A program made the translations under genes and the position numbers. Of a stretch of DNA of 64,000 nt, positions 48,934 through 60,700 are shown in pieces. The notes beneath the pieces were generated by a model that was given only the letters and a program-made list of their open reading frames with translations, was not told where the DNA came from and did not search any database. Each line of letters begins with the position of its first letter. Positions within the stretch are counted from its first letter, which is position 1. Origin of the DNA: Orbicella franksi (lineage: Eukaryota); the NCBI GenBank assembly GCA_964199315.1, contig OZ116698.1, positions 15,748,001 to 15,812,000 of the forward strand, given 5' to 3'.

Positions 48934-49636
48934 TTAAACGTAACGATTAGCCGGTCCGATATGTTTGCTTCACTTGAATCGCGTGGATGAAAATTTCTAA
49001 ATCTGTTGCAATTTAAAAGAGTTGTAAAAATCGGTCAACACTACACAAGACTTTTGGTCACTTTCACTAGGGCCCGGATAAAATTGTACTCGAATTTTCT
49101 CTCACTCTTGAGGCGGGGTCCCTTCACTGAAAATAGCACCCATCATACCTATCAATACCTCTCTATCTCTACATGCCATAAGGCTTTGACATTCTTCTTC
49201 CATCCACTTCAATTCCCCGCTAGAGCTGACAGTCACCCATCAACCATTCTCCATGTTGTTTTGGGTTGAGCTGGTTATCAGAATTTAACGTTACAGAGCA
49301 GAAACTCGAAATTTGGGTAGGGGTGGGTTGGGCGGTACCCACTGCGAATGCACGCGGATCTTAAAAGGGGCCCAGGGATCCCATTGATGAACACACCCTT
49401 CGTAAAAACTACAATTTCAATTTAAGATTTTTCGTCTGACCTCGGCACCAGAACAATAGTCACAACTTACGTTAGCTTTTGTTCAGGTGCTCAGGTAAAA
49501 CGAAAATGTTAGTTTTTAAAGAGCCCTGTTGCGCATGCATGTTGTGGACCACACGAGGGAAAGCTCACGACCTGGGAACGCAGGGGAACAGAAAGAAACG
49601 CGCACGAGAACGCAGCAACAACAGGAATTCTTAAAC

Positions 49637-50611
49637 GCGCCTCCCAAGTATGATCTCCCCAGGCAGTAGGCCTGCTGAAGCAAGTGGAAGCTGTTCAGCG
49701 ACGCGCGACAAAGTACATCCTGAGGCTCCCTTTTCGCTGTGACGTTCCTTACAAGACCAGGCTTCTGATGACCAACTTAATTCCACTATCCTTCTGGCAC
49801 GAGTATTTGGACATTGTTTTCTTTTACAAAGCTGTAAATAATTTAATATATGCAAATAGTGATGCTCTACCGGTTGCTAGGCAACCGGTCAGAATAACAA
49901 GATATTCTAGCAATAGCTCTGTCACTTATATACCTAAGAAATGCCGTACTCTTTCCTATCAACGCTCGTTTTTTGTCCGATGTGCTAGAATCTGGAACGT
50001 TTTGCCTGAAAGTCTTAAGGAACACAATCAAACACCCCTTGCTTTTAAGAGATCCTTACTAAAATATACAAATGCTGTAGATATTTTTGATCAAGAAGAT
50101 ATGAGGACGTGGCGGAATAACAAGATATTCTAGCAATAGCTCTGTCACTTATATACCTAAGAAATGCCGTACTCTTTCCTATCAACGCTCGTTTTTTGTC
50201 CGATGTGCTAGAATCTGGAACGTTTTGCCTGAAAGTCTTAAGGAACACAATCAAACACCCCTTGCTTTTAAGAGATCCTTACTAAAATATTATACAAATG
50301 CTGTAGATATTTTTGATCAAGAAGATATGAGGACGTGGCGGACAATTTGCCCAAAGTGCAATACCGCTAAGACCTTAACGCGCCCACCGCATTGCTGCTT
50401 TTAAGCTCCCTATACTAGATTTAGATTTATATATATTGTATAATTTTGTCTCTTAATTACATCTAAGGGGGCCGCTGTGATTGGCTAAGCTGTAGCGGCT
50501 CCCCTGGCCATTTTGTTTTGTTTTGCTGTCTCTGTTTTTTTTTTTTGTTGTTTTTTTTTGCTTCCTCTTCTTTTTCTTTTTCTTTATGTGTAATAGTAGG
50601 CCGAAGCTTAA

Positions 50612-50666
<55 letters not shown>

Positions 50667-50667
50667 A
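49637..50667 (+). mobile_element. 5'-truncated CR1/L2-superfamily LINE with internal tandem duplication, 3' stem-loop and (AAAT)n tail
   Basis: ASQV*SPQ..LKQVEAVQRRATKYIL...SFFVRCARIWNVLP...CPKC C-terminus; ggggccgct...agcggctcccc hairpin at ~50465-50503; (TAAA)n at 50610-50667. Confidence 0.88.
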
Positions 50668-52212
50668 GTATCCAATCGACGCCCTAGTTGTATCCCTGCG
50701 TTCCTATCTACTGGTTTCTGTACTAGAAAAGGCATGAACTATGATGTGAACTACGGCTAAATTGAATGCAGAGACTGAAAACAAAAGTTCATTTCATCAG
50801 GCCCACTTTATTTCCATTGTTCGATACATGAGACACCAAGAATTCAATAGTTACTGTTATCAAAAAAGACTGTAAACAGTTTATCTGTACATTGTGATAT
50901 TTCCGGTCTAGTAATTACTTTAGTCTTCTCTTCTACAGAGATTTGTTTCTCAGTAATCAACCAGGGAAAAGTAGAGGAACTATTCAAAAGTCTATTGGCC
51001 TTCACTAAAAAATTATATCCCCTGCTGAATTTATAAGTTTACAAAATACAGTCATTTAGAGCTTGGTCATGATGCATATTATGCCGACATTAGAATTAAG
51101 TGAGAACAAGTATGGTCTGTGGACAATGTAGTTTGAATGTACCAGTTTATAAACACAATCATGGCAACACGCCAAGGATTTCGATAAATTCAAGCACTTT
51201 TCAGTTTCAGTTTTTTTCAATCCAGTCAGCGTGATCACTGAGTGTACTTCCAGTCAGTAATGAGATCACCATATTGCAATCAGTTTCTTAGCAACCTTGG
51301 AATGAAAAAAGTCTAAGACACAACACTACGCTCTCAGGATTGTAGATCATTGTGTGACACAGATAGAGGGCCACAACATCTTGTTACCATGACTGTGTGG
51401 CTTTACACTGCTAGGTTGGGACATACATAAGTTAAATAAATACATTCTATGCCTTAAACTTTGATACGCAATACTTACAGCTGTCATAATATGGGTGAAG
51501 AATCCTTAGCTGACTGATCTCAAAAATATTAAGTTCAGAGGACAAAGGGCACTGGTTTTGATGGGACAAAGACAACAAAAACTACAAGTATTCAATGAAT
51601 TTGGTTAAGAAATCTATAATTATATTAATTCCTTGATGTGTTAAATACTATGAAACAACTTACAGTCACTTTTTACCAACAAAATCCACAAGCACATTTC
51701 TTTACTTATACATTCCCTTGCTTTGCTATTCCTTGATATAAAAATGTCATTAAATATATGAAGCCCCGAATCTTAAACTAAATTTTGGTACATTAAGCAG
51801 CATTTTAACGTGCAATAGTGAACAAAATATACAAGAGGGCTAATAATTATTGATGCTGTTAGCAATATATTCTATCTAAAATATTTACAGTCTTTATATA
51901 TTGGCACAATTACAAAAGAAGCAACTGTCTCAATCAACCAAAATATTCCAGTCAGACTGAATGGATAACTACAGATTGAAGGAGCTTAGCAGCTGCTTAG
52001 TTACTAACAGACTTGAGTGACTTTTTTAAAGTTACAATCCACAAGCAAACATCATTTCACTCATGTGAAATGTTGATTTCAAAAAAGAAATTCATTATTC
52101 AAAATTGAAATACTGCTTTACCAGACAGTTGTCTATTTCTCCATGTGCCACACAAATTTATCACTAGTTACAAAATGTTAACGTGTTCTTAAAACACAAC
52201 AGAATGAAATTA

Positions 52213-52281
52213 TTAGTCACCAATTTCTTCAATGCCTTCACTCTCTGTCACCAGTGCACGTTCTAGAATCACTTGCCCTTC
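52213..52281 (-). CDS. YPEL5: YPEL5-B exon 6
   Basis: catttag|GAA ... GAC TAA. Confidence 0.93.
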   Translation of the reverse strand, partial: EGQVILERALVTESEGIEEIGD

Positions 52282-55200
52282 CTAAATGCAGGTATAAAGA
52301 AGGTATATGAGTATTGCTTTATTACTTGGCAAATCTAATGACACACAGAACTCTATTTAAAAAATTGTCACCATTATCATTATTGTTATTAATTATTATC
52401 ATTATTATTATATTATAATAATTGGGACAATCATAAATTACAATGTTAGATATACCAGTAATACACACCTTATATTGTTGGGACTCTTCTGTTGCATACT
52501 CCTGCATCATAAACAAACAGAACATGCACATTGAGTATTTCCCACCAACAGGTAAAGTATAAGAAATCAAAAGTATGTCACTTAGCTACAACTTAGAAGG
52601 GGCAGAGGCCTAAGAGTTAGCGTGTTAGCCTCCAGGATGTCGAAGCCTACATTCTCAGACAGAACACTTTTTTAATTATTTTAAATTCCCTGGTGTACAA
52701 ATAATATGGAAGTGCACATTATTTGGAAAACCTAACAAAATGCTAGGTCAAGCACATCAAACATTTTTTTAATAAATGGTAACCTTGACACTTACATACA
52801 TCCAGCCCAGTTTTGTATCACAGTTCTTGCAGAAGACATCCCGCACCATGTGCCTCCCAGTGAGCTACAAAATAGAATTACAGTCAAATCTCCCGTCAGC
52901 AGATGCAAAAAAACAGCTGTTCACTAAGGAGAGGTGTCCACTTATAGCAGCCAAATTGGATTATTTTCAATGCTTAATATCAATAACTTTCAAGAAAATA
53001 AATATTATATAATATTATTTTTTCTCCAGCTTTTCTGGACAAAATTTTCTGTGCAAAATTTTATCTAGAGGGAGTGACAGTTAATTGTAATGATAATAAC
53101 CTTGTGATTCTTGTTTGCACAAACAACTAAAACTATCTATGTTATGCCAGTTAAAATTTTGGTTTTCATTTTCCTGAGCATGTCATTTTCATTGACAGAA
53201 CATGACATAAAGGAAAATTAAATCATATCAAATTTTAAACTGCATATATAATAAATTTATCAACACATACCATCACTCTATCTTGGACTTCACTGTATGA
53301 TAAATTCACCCTATACCACAGATAAAAACGTAGACATTGCATGAAAGTAAAGAAAAAGCAACATGAAGTAATGCAATGACAATGTAAACAACACCACAAT
53401 GACGTCACTAGGGGGAACACAACTAAAGCCTGTAACCAAACATAGGTACGCAAGGCCTGCAAGAGATATTTTTTGGTGAACTAAACGTCTTGGAGATAGG
53501 AGCATTCATGGAACTGTTTACAGTAACGGTTTGGTTAATTTGACAAGTGTTTTTGGTTGCGATGTACAGCAAGAAAGAAACTGGAAATTTATGATGTACA
53601 TACAATGTTACATCGGTAATGGTAAGATACCTAAATAGTAAGCCATAAAATGTTTGACTGAACAAACTACAGTAATCTGACACGTCTCCAGATTAATGTA
53701 GGTACCATCTTATTTTCTAACAGGCAATTTGATTCATTCTTTGATACAACCCACACTGTTATTGGTGTGACACGTACACATGCATAACTCCCTCACTCAC
53801 CGATCACATAGCCCTTCCAGCCCCCAAGAGGGATTTTTGCTCAAAAATACTCGAGTTCAGAGAAGTTTTTGCATTTTATACGAGTCATAAGTTCACCTTT
53901 TTTACACAACACAACACAACACAACACCACTACTTCACCGAAAATAGAAAGGAAGAGAAAAAAAAAACCTCTCTGACACGCTGAAAGTCTGATTCAATTA
54001 AATTGTACTTTAACTTGGTGTCACGCAGCCTTCAAAGTACATTTGAACAATTTTCATACTTTTTACCTTCAAAAATACCAGACTGAAAAGAATGTCATAA
54101 AATGCCCATCAAATAAAAATATTAAACTGCTACTGCAGGGACATAAAAACTGTCCAGAAATGAAAGCTTCTTTTTTGTTTAATATCCTGGGAACAATATC
54201 TGATAACTTGTCAGCTCTAGACTAAGAGGTGAGACTAAGAGGTATTTTTTTTAGTAGGTAAGAGATATTTTTTTTCACAAAAAAAAATAACTCAAAAACT
54301 TAACCCTCAGTTATTTTCTCACTAACTTGAGGATTAGAGAAAGACTGCTGACTGAGATAGCCTTGAGTACTTATCTTCTTGGCACTGGTCAGCACTAAAT
54401 GGGCTGGATTTGACAAGGTTAACACAACCACTTTTGGCTTCAAGGCAAATATTTGACAACAAAAGCTTGCCTGGGAAAAGTTAATAAGATGCTGCTATAA
54501 GTCTGTTGAGACTTTGCCACACCAGGAGTGAATTTATTGAGCAAAGATCTTTACAAGCAGGCTAAAGACCTTTCAAAAAGACAGAGAGGGTGGTAAAACA
54601 ATAAAAGAGGCCTCTGCTGGCCCAAAGTATCCCTTCATGCCATAGCATATTCTGGGTTGCACAGCATTAAGTAACTTGAAGTATCTTTACTCCTTCTCCC
54701 CCTTGGATAGGACTAACAAGGTTAACCACTCTCACCAGCATTCACTGGTACCCATGTATACATGTTGTTATGCATATGCATAGTTGTAATTTTTTTAGGT
54801 AGGTGTACACAATTAGTAGAGGGGACGCTACCCCTCAGCTAAACATTTTAGACACGGTAATAAAGTTTATTATTATTATTATCATTATATCACATTTTCA
54901 ATAGACACTCACACTTTCTTGAATAGAAATGCTCTCCCAGTAGCTCCAGTAAATTTCTGTTAGTCAAAAACAGGACTCAAGTAAGAAACATTAGGTAAGG
55001 GTATAATTAATTTAATTAAAACCATTAACTGTTGATTTTCCAAATTGTCCAAATTAGAGCTCAAGTTGGCTATGTGTGTTAATTATGGGCTACATGCATT
55101 CCCAGTCTCGGAGTAACTGAATAAATCAAAGTTTCTCAGAGACTGGGCAAGCATGTACCCATTTTGATTTATCTGAACAAACATTCCTTGGCCTGTCACA

Positions 55201-56868
55201 ATCTTGGCCAATAGCCCTGAGCATCCAATTTTTCCCCAAATTTCCTGAAATTCAAGTTAATCTTAGGAAAATAAAAAACTGGAAACATTACACGAGTGTG
55301 TTCTGACCTTTTCTGCAGGCACTTAGTACATAATTTGGGAGTCTGGGATAAATGAAAGATGTATAGAATTTGTGAGAGAGCACAGAAAGCAGGAGGCGTT
55401 TCTCTCCAATTTATTAATCCTAATTTTTATACACTAGCAGTCAGATCCAAAATATGTCTGCAATAATTATGCATCTGCTGTTTTATTCATCTTGTATAAA
55501 ACCTTCCGAACTAAGTCTGCAAAAATAATGTGTCTACCCTTTTACACATCTAGTATAGATAAGACATGCACTATCAGATCCTGCAAATCCCCAGTTTGTC
55601 ATTCAAGATGTACAAGAAAAACCACATACATGTAGTTTGTGTTTTTGCATTATCTTTCTGTACCATCTTACACTGAGATGCATATAACCATTCAGACACC
55701 TAATTATAGGTTGGTAATCATATGAAATATACAAGTGAAATAATTTAAGAATTATTCAGTTGATTTGACTTACAAATGATTCAGTCTTTAGGTGAGTGCA
55801 ATTTGAAAACTTTTGAAATAACACTCAGAGTGCAAGACCTTATTTTTTTTTATAGTTGAACATCCATGTATAACTCATTTCTTATATATCACTAAAAAAT
55901 TACAGACAGCCCTGTATTAATTTGCACTGCAGTGCAAACATTAAAAATTAATGATAAATTTGCCTGCTCTCAGCCAATTACAATGAAGTAATTTTCTAAG
56001 CCATATACTTATAAAGCAGGTAATTTGAATGTCATTTTTGATAAATTGTCTATATGCATGCAAAAGGTTGTCCATCTCTGCCAAGTTCATCTCTTAGATA
56101 TACTGGTTTATCTTCATGTATAACCAGACACTAAAAAACTTGCCTAAGCATGTCTCAATAGATAGACTTCCTATCTATAGTTCAGTCTCAGAAAGAGAGA
56201 AATTATATTATTATGAAAATACTTGGCTTATGTTCTGCTCCTATATTTACATGTAATACAAAATTAACTGATATTTCAATATAGATCATGATTATGTTAG
56301 AGAAAACAATATCAGTAAAAGGTCTACGACAACCACTCTGAAATTTTCCGGTTAGAAGAATGAAACGCAACCCCAAACTATGTACATGGTGATTTACGTT
56401 AGAGATGTAACATATAGCTCTGTTATATTCCAATTGGCAGAACTGTATACTAATACAGAGTGTATACCAATAAAAGGAAAATGATAATGTTAATTAAAGG
56501 GCAGCCAATGAAATATCGTTCCTCTGAGTATCAAAGGAAGGACATATAATAATGATAAGGCCATTCATGCCAGGCATTTTAATAAGCTTACTTCGAAATT
56601 TAAGCTTAATGTTCAAAGAATTCAAGCGAAAAAGAGATGTTACTTGTTTAATTCATTCTCTACACAGGTTCTTCTACCTATCTTGTAAGTCTACATCATT
56701 TAGCCTGGCAAAACAGATTAAACGGAAGAACTCGATCCTATATATTCATTCGTCCTGTAACTAGCTTACCATGGATGTGAGTTGCGATCGATTCGTCAAA
56801 GCAGTGTCACAGTTTGCGCAAGAATACAGTCTAGCCCCACCAGGGTGATGAAGAAAGATACGACCCAT
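52213..56868 (-). CDS. YPEL5: Protein yippee-like 5, paralogue B (117 aa, 6 coding exons)
   Basis: Exons 56868-56770, 54956-54913, 53310-53271, 52864-52796, 52501-52469, 52281-52213, all GT-AG and in phase. [117 protein letters not shown]; both CxxC zinc pairs intact. Confidence 0.95.
52469..52501 (-). CDS. YPEL5: YPEL5-B exon 5
   Basis: gatgcag|GAG ... AAG|gtgtgt; [11 protein letters not shown]. Confidence 0.92.
52796..52864 (-). CDS. YPEL5: YPEL5-B exon 4
   Basis: ttttgtag|CTC ... TAT|gtaagt; [23 protein letters not shown]. Confidence 0.95.
53271..53310 (-). CDS. YPEL5: YPEL5-B exon 3
   Basis: ggtatag|G ... ATG|gtatgt; [13 protein letters not shown]. Confidence 0.93.
54913..54956 (-). 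CDS. YPEL5: YPEL5-B exon 2
   Basis: ctaacag|AAA ... GT|gtgagt; [15 protein letters not shown]. Confidence 0.93.
56770..56868 (-). CDS. YPEL5: YPEL5-B exon 1
   Basis: ATG at 56868 ... ATG|gtaagc; not listed in the ORF track. Confidence 0.95.
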
Positions 56869-57611
56869 GTCCTGAGCTTCCTTTCTTGACGAAAATGAGA
56901 GCGGAAAATTAAAAGATATACTTATGACACTTGTAAACAAACACAGAGCGAAAATCTTCCTACCGCGAACTGAACCTTCTTGTATATTTTGGTCTCTTAG
57001 TCACGTGATCATTAAGCTGGTATGATTGGCGGACATGATGATGTCAGGACTCTCTGAAACTTCCGGGACCGGCCTCCGGGACCTTTAAAAACAAAAAGTC
57101 CTAAAAGAGCTATATGCTTTTCGAAAGAGGTTTTCCACTTCTTCTCTGAGCGATGACCTACGAAAGAAATGCAAAGAATACGTAGATAGTTGGCAGTCGT
57201 AGCGACATGCCAAATTTTCTGCATTCAAAGCTGATACGTTAGCCGTAGGTAGGGTTGCCCCGTGGTGGGGTATGACTGAAAATTCCTTCATTGATTTACC
57301 AGGTGATTGGTGTAAAAAATAAAATGACACGAAGTTGGAAAAACTCCATAAGCAGTGCTAGCCCCTACATGTACAACCCGCGTGCATACGGCATGCCGGA
57401 AGGCAATTTGTCTAAAGGTGACATCATCAATCGTTTGTAACCAATGGTGTCTCGTATATTCTTAGTATCCAGTTAGTCGTCACGTGACTTGAAAACCAAA
57501 ACAAAGAACGGTCCGGAAAGATTGAAGTTCGCGGTAAATACTTCGGTTTCTGTGTTTGTCGTCAATTTTTCAGTTTTGTGTGTCCCATTCCTATCGAACT
57601 GAACTCAAAAC
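56869..57611. promoter_or_regulatory. Bidirectional CpG-rich promoter between the two YPEL5 paralogues
   Basis: GTCACGTGAT 57000-57009, ATTGG 57025-57029 and ACTTCCGG 57059-57066 facing B; CCGGAAG 57396-57402, CCAAT 57441-57445 and GTCACGTGAC 57479-57488 facing A. Confidence 0.75.
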
Positions 57612-57710
57612 ATGGGTCGTATATTTCTTGATCATCCCGGTGGAACTACACTTTATTCTTGTGCGAACTGCGACACTGCTTTGACGAATCGATCGGAGTT
57701 AACATCCATG
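57612..57710 (+). CDS. YPEL5: YPEL5-A exon 1
   Basis: aaacATGGGT ... ATG|gtacgt. Confidence 0.95.
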
Positions 57711-60700
57711 GTACGTATGCGAATAATAAATAGTGGACATCCTGCTGAGTATCTTAGGCCAGTTTTTGTGCCAAGAACTATGTTGTGGAATAAATGATAC
57801 AGATTGCTCCTTGGCTTACTTTAATACATTCGAGAATCGATGGGAAAAAGAGAGTAAACAAAGATCGCTTGATTTGTTTTCAAGGTAACTTAATACCTAT
57901 ATTGAGATGTACTTTACATAAGTTTCATTAACATAAGCTTGAAGACTAATTTCTTTTAAAATGAACAGAATTTCATTGGGTGTCTAATAATTGACATTGT
58001 AGTGCCGCTAATTACAGTGCATGCAATTGAATTCTGCGCAATAATGGGTCGCTAATTGAAAACTGATCAAAGGGTAGTTTACCACCAGGAGAGTTTCAAA
58101 CCGTATATAAAAGGGATTCTGTGCATGCCATCTATCACAGATCTACTTTCTTCTCAACATTGACGCTTTTCCTTTGATGGCTCCACTTTCTTGTTAAATG
58201 CCCAGAAGTCTATTCCTGATTTTAATCAAGCCTTTTCTTGGACAGGTAAAACTAATGCTTTTTTTGATATTTTGATGATCAGAGGTTTAATGGAGCAACT
58301 GGAAGAGCATTCCTGTTCAAAAAAGTGTGAGTGTCCTTTACATAATTACATCATTATAAACATAGGTTTTTGTCAAAAATAAATTTTACAGAGAATATTA
58401 CATGGTGGTGCAAAGATATAAATTTTATATTCAAGAGGTAAAACAAAAATTTTACAAACAAGTGCAGCTGTCTGGGATTAAAAATTTTATTGTTTCATAA
58501 CACTCAAAATTCAAATTAATATTTTTAAGCCACTATGTAATTTGCTCTTTATTATGTAGACAAACTGACTATTTGCACAATCAACCATCAGAAAGCGGGA
58601 AATTATGTCATCAGTATCCTTACTAGTGAGGACATAGACCCTCACTAGCTATAGTGAGGATAAGGAAGATATGTCACCCAGCTATGCAGGTCCCAGATGA
58701 AGTTTCTTATGGGTGTCTGGAAAACCCGAATAGCGAATAGCGAATAGTCGCAAATAGCGAATAGTACCAAATAGTGCGAATAGTCTCAAATAGTACAGTT
58801 AGTGGCGAACAGTCGCGAAAAGTGGCGAATAGTGACGAATATTCGTCAATAGTCACCGCTTTAGATCTAATATCCAGCGTTAATTAATTATCCAAATAAG
58901 CAACAGAATTTCAGTGAATTTATTGCCTTTTCTTCTCCGGACTCAGGCTAGTAGACTGTCCATCGCCGACATTAAGAAAACAGAAAACGCAAGGATGACC
59001 TAATAAAGACGTATTTACGCTTTGCAGCAGTTAAAACAGAAGAAATTACATTTAGAAACACCTTTTGTCCTGATAAGCGTCTGTGCTTTTTAGTGGAAAA
59101 ATCCCATCCTAAGTTGTTACGAGGTTTACTGCAAGATACTGGGTACCCTATTTGTTACTATTTGCCACTATTTGCCACTATTCACCACTATTCGAGACTG
59201 TTCGCCACTATTCGCACTATTTGCTATTCGCTATTCGGGCTTTCCAGACACCCGTTTCTTATGAATTTTAGAAGTGGTGTATTTTACATCCAAATGTTTT
59301 AAAGCAATTTATTATATGGCTAAAGGGAATTCTGCTAACAGGATAGACAAATTGAACCTAAACAGCTGTGTCAGACTGTCAGCAGAGTTTTAAACCCCAG
59401 TAACATCTTTTCAACAGGGTCAATTTATCATACAGTGAAGTTCAAGATAGAGTAATGGTATGCATATATTTTGTTTTCTCAGTAGTTCTTATCTTAAAAC
59501 ATAGTCTTTACCTAACTGAAGAAGCACTGTAAGAAAAAAAAGATATAGAACGTAAATTATAAACAGTTTCAGTAATATCTCATTTGTATTCTCTGATCCC
59601 TGCAGACGCATTCAGAGTCCTCATGTACAACAAAAGTATAACTATATAGTTTGCAAGGCTCCAGTAGCAGACCATTCAATCTTACAGCTAAATATAGTTT
59701 ATAATCTTTTTGAAATCCTTTTTCAGTCTGATCAGCTTATACTGCACGGTATTGTCCAAGATTGCTGTCTATTTACTGTACTGAATGGTTTTGCATAATA
59801 ATTATTTGTAGCTTACTGGGAGGCACATGGTGCGGGATGTTTTCTGCAAGAACTGTGATACAAAACTGGGCTGGATGTATGTAAGTGTCCACTAGTATCC
59901 ATTGCAACCTTCCTCTCTTAATGGGTCTGAAATTAGATTACACAGAGCAAACAGAAATAGATTAAAACAAAATGGAATAAAATGTCATATTACAAAACAA
60001 AGTAAGCTAATAAGTCATAAATTAGATGCGTAATTTGTGTTTTTAAAACATGTTGTGAAATCATTTAATGCTGTAATTTAGAAGAAAAAGAGGGACCACT
60101 CAAACATTAACCCCATAAGGCCATTACGTATTCTTGAGTGGCTTTGACCTTTTTTTGTTGTTCTGTTTAATTACAGGAATATGCAAACGAGGAAACACAA
60201 CAATATAAGGTTTGTGGATTAAAACCTGTGTGGGTGAGACTGCACAAAACATATCAATAACAACAACAAAGCTCTTGCCCTAAGGGAACAGGGTCAAAAC
60301 CAAAGTTGATGTTGTCAGTAACCAGTTGTTCGGCTTCGACAAAACCTGGATCGGACTGGACCAGGTCACGGATTGGATCACGGATCGGATCAAGGAAAAA
60401 AAATTCAAAATTCAAAATTCAAGATTCAAAATTCAAAATTTTGTTGAGCAAATTACACTAGAGTGACTACTGTGAGCAGAACATTTTATTTAATTCAGCT
60501 GTGATATTCCTTTATTCTTTTATAATATCAAGCCAACTGGGAGCTGGTCACAGATGAATATTTTTCAGGCTGTTGGGTCATGTCTTCATATCTTTCTCCG
60601 CAGTTCAGATAAATGATATTTCGTATATTCGCTTGCATCAAAGGTAAACTGTCATGAAACGAGTCAGCATGGTAATAAGATGAACGTATGAATCGAAACA

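Noticed and set aside
49646-50671. AAGTAT as target-site duplication of the LINE
   Set aside because: The left copy lies within LINE-derived coding sequence (SQV*SPQ), so the match may be coincidental.
59606-59635. Possible 30-nt in-frame cassette exon ([10 protein letters not shown]) in YPEL5-A intron 3
   Set aside because: Weak donor (AAA|gtataa), no counterpart in paralogue B, and it would interrupt the conserved yippee fold.
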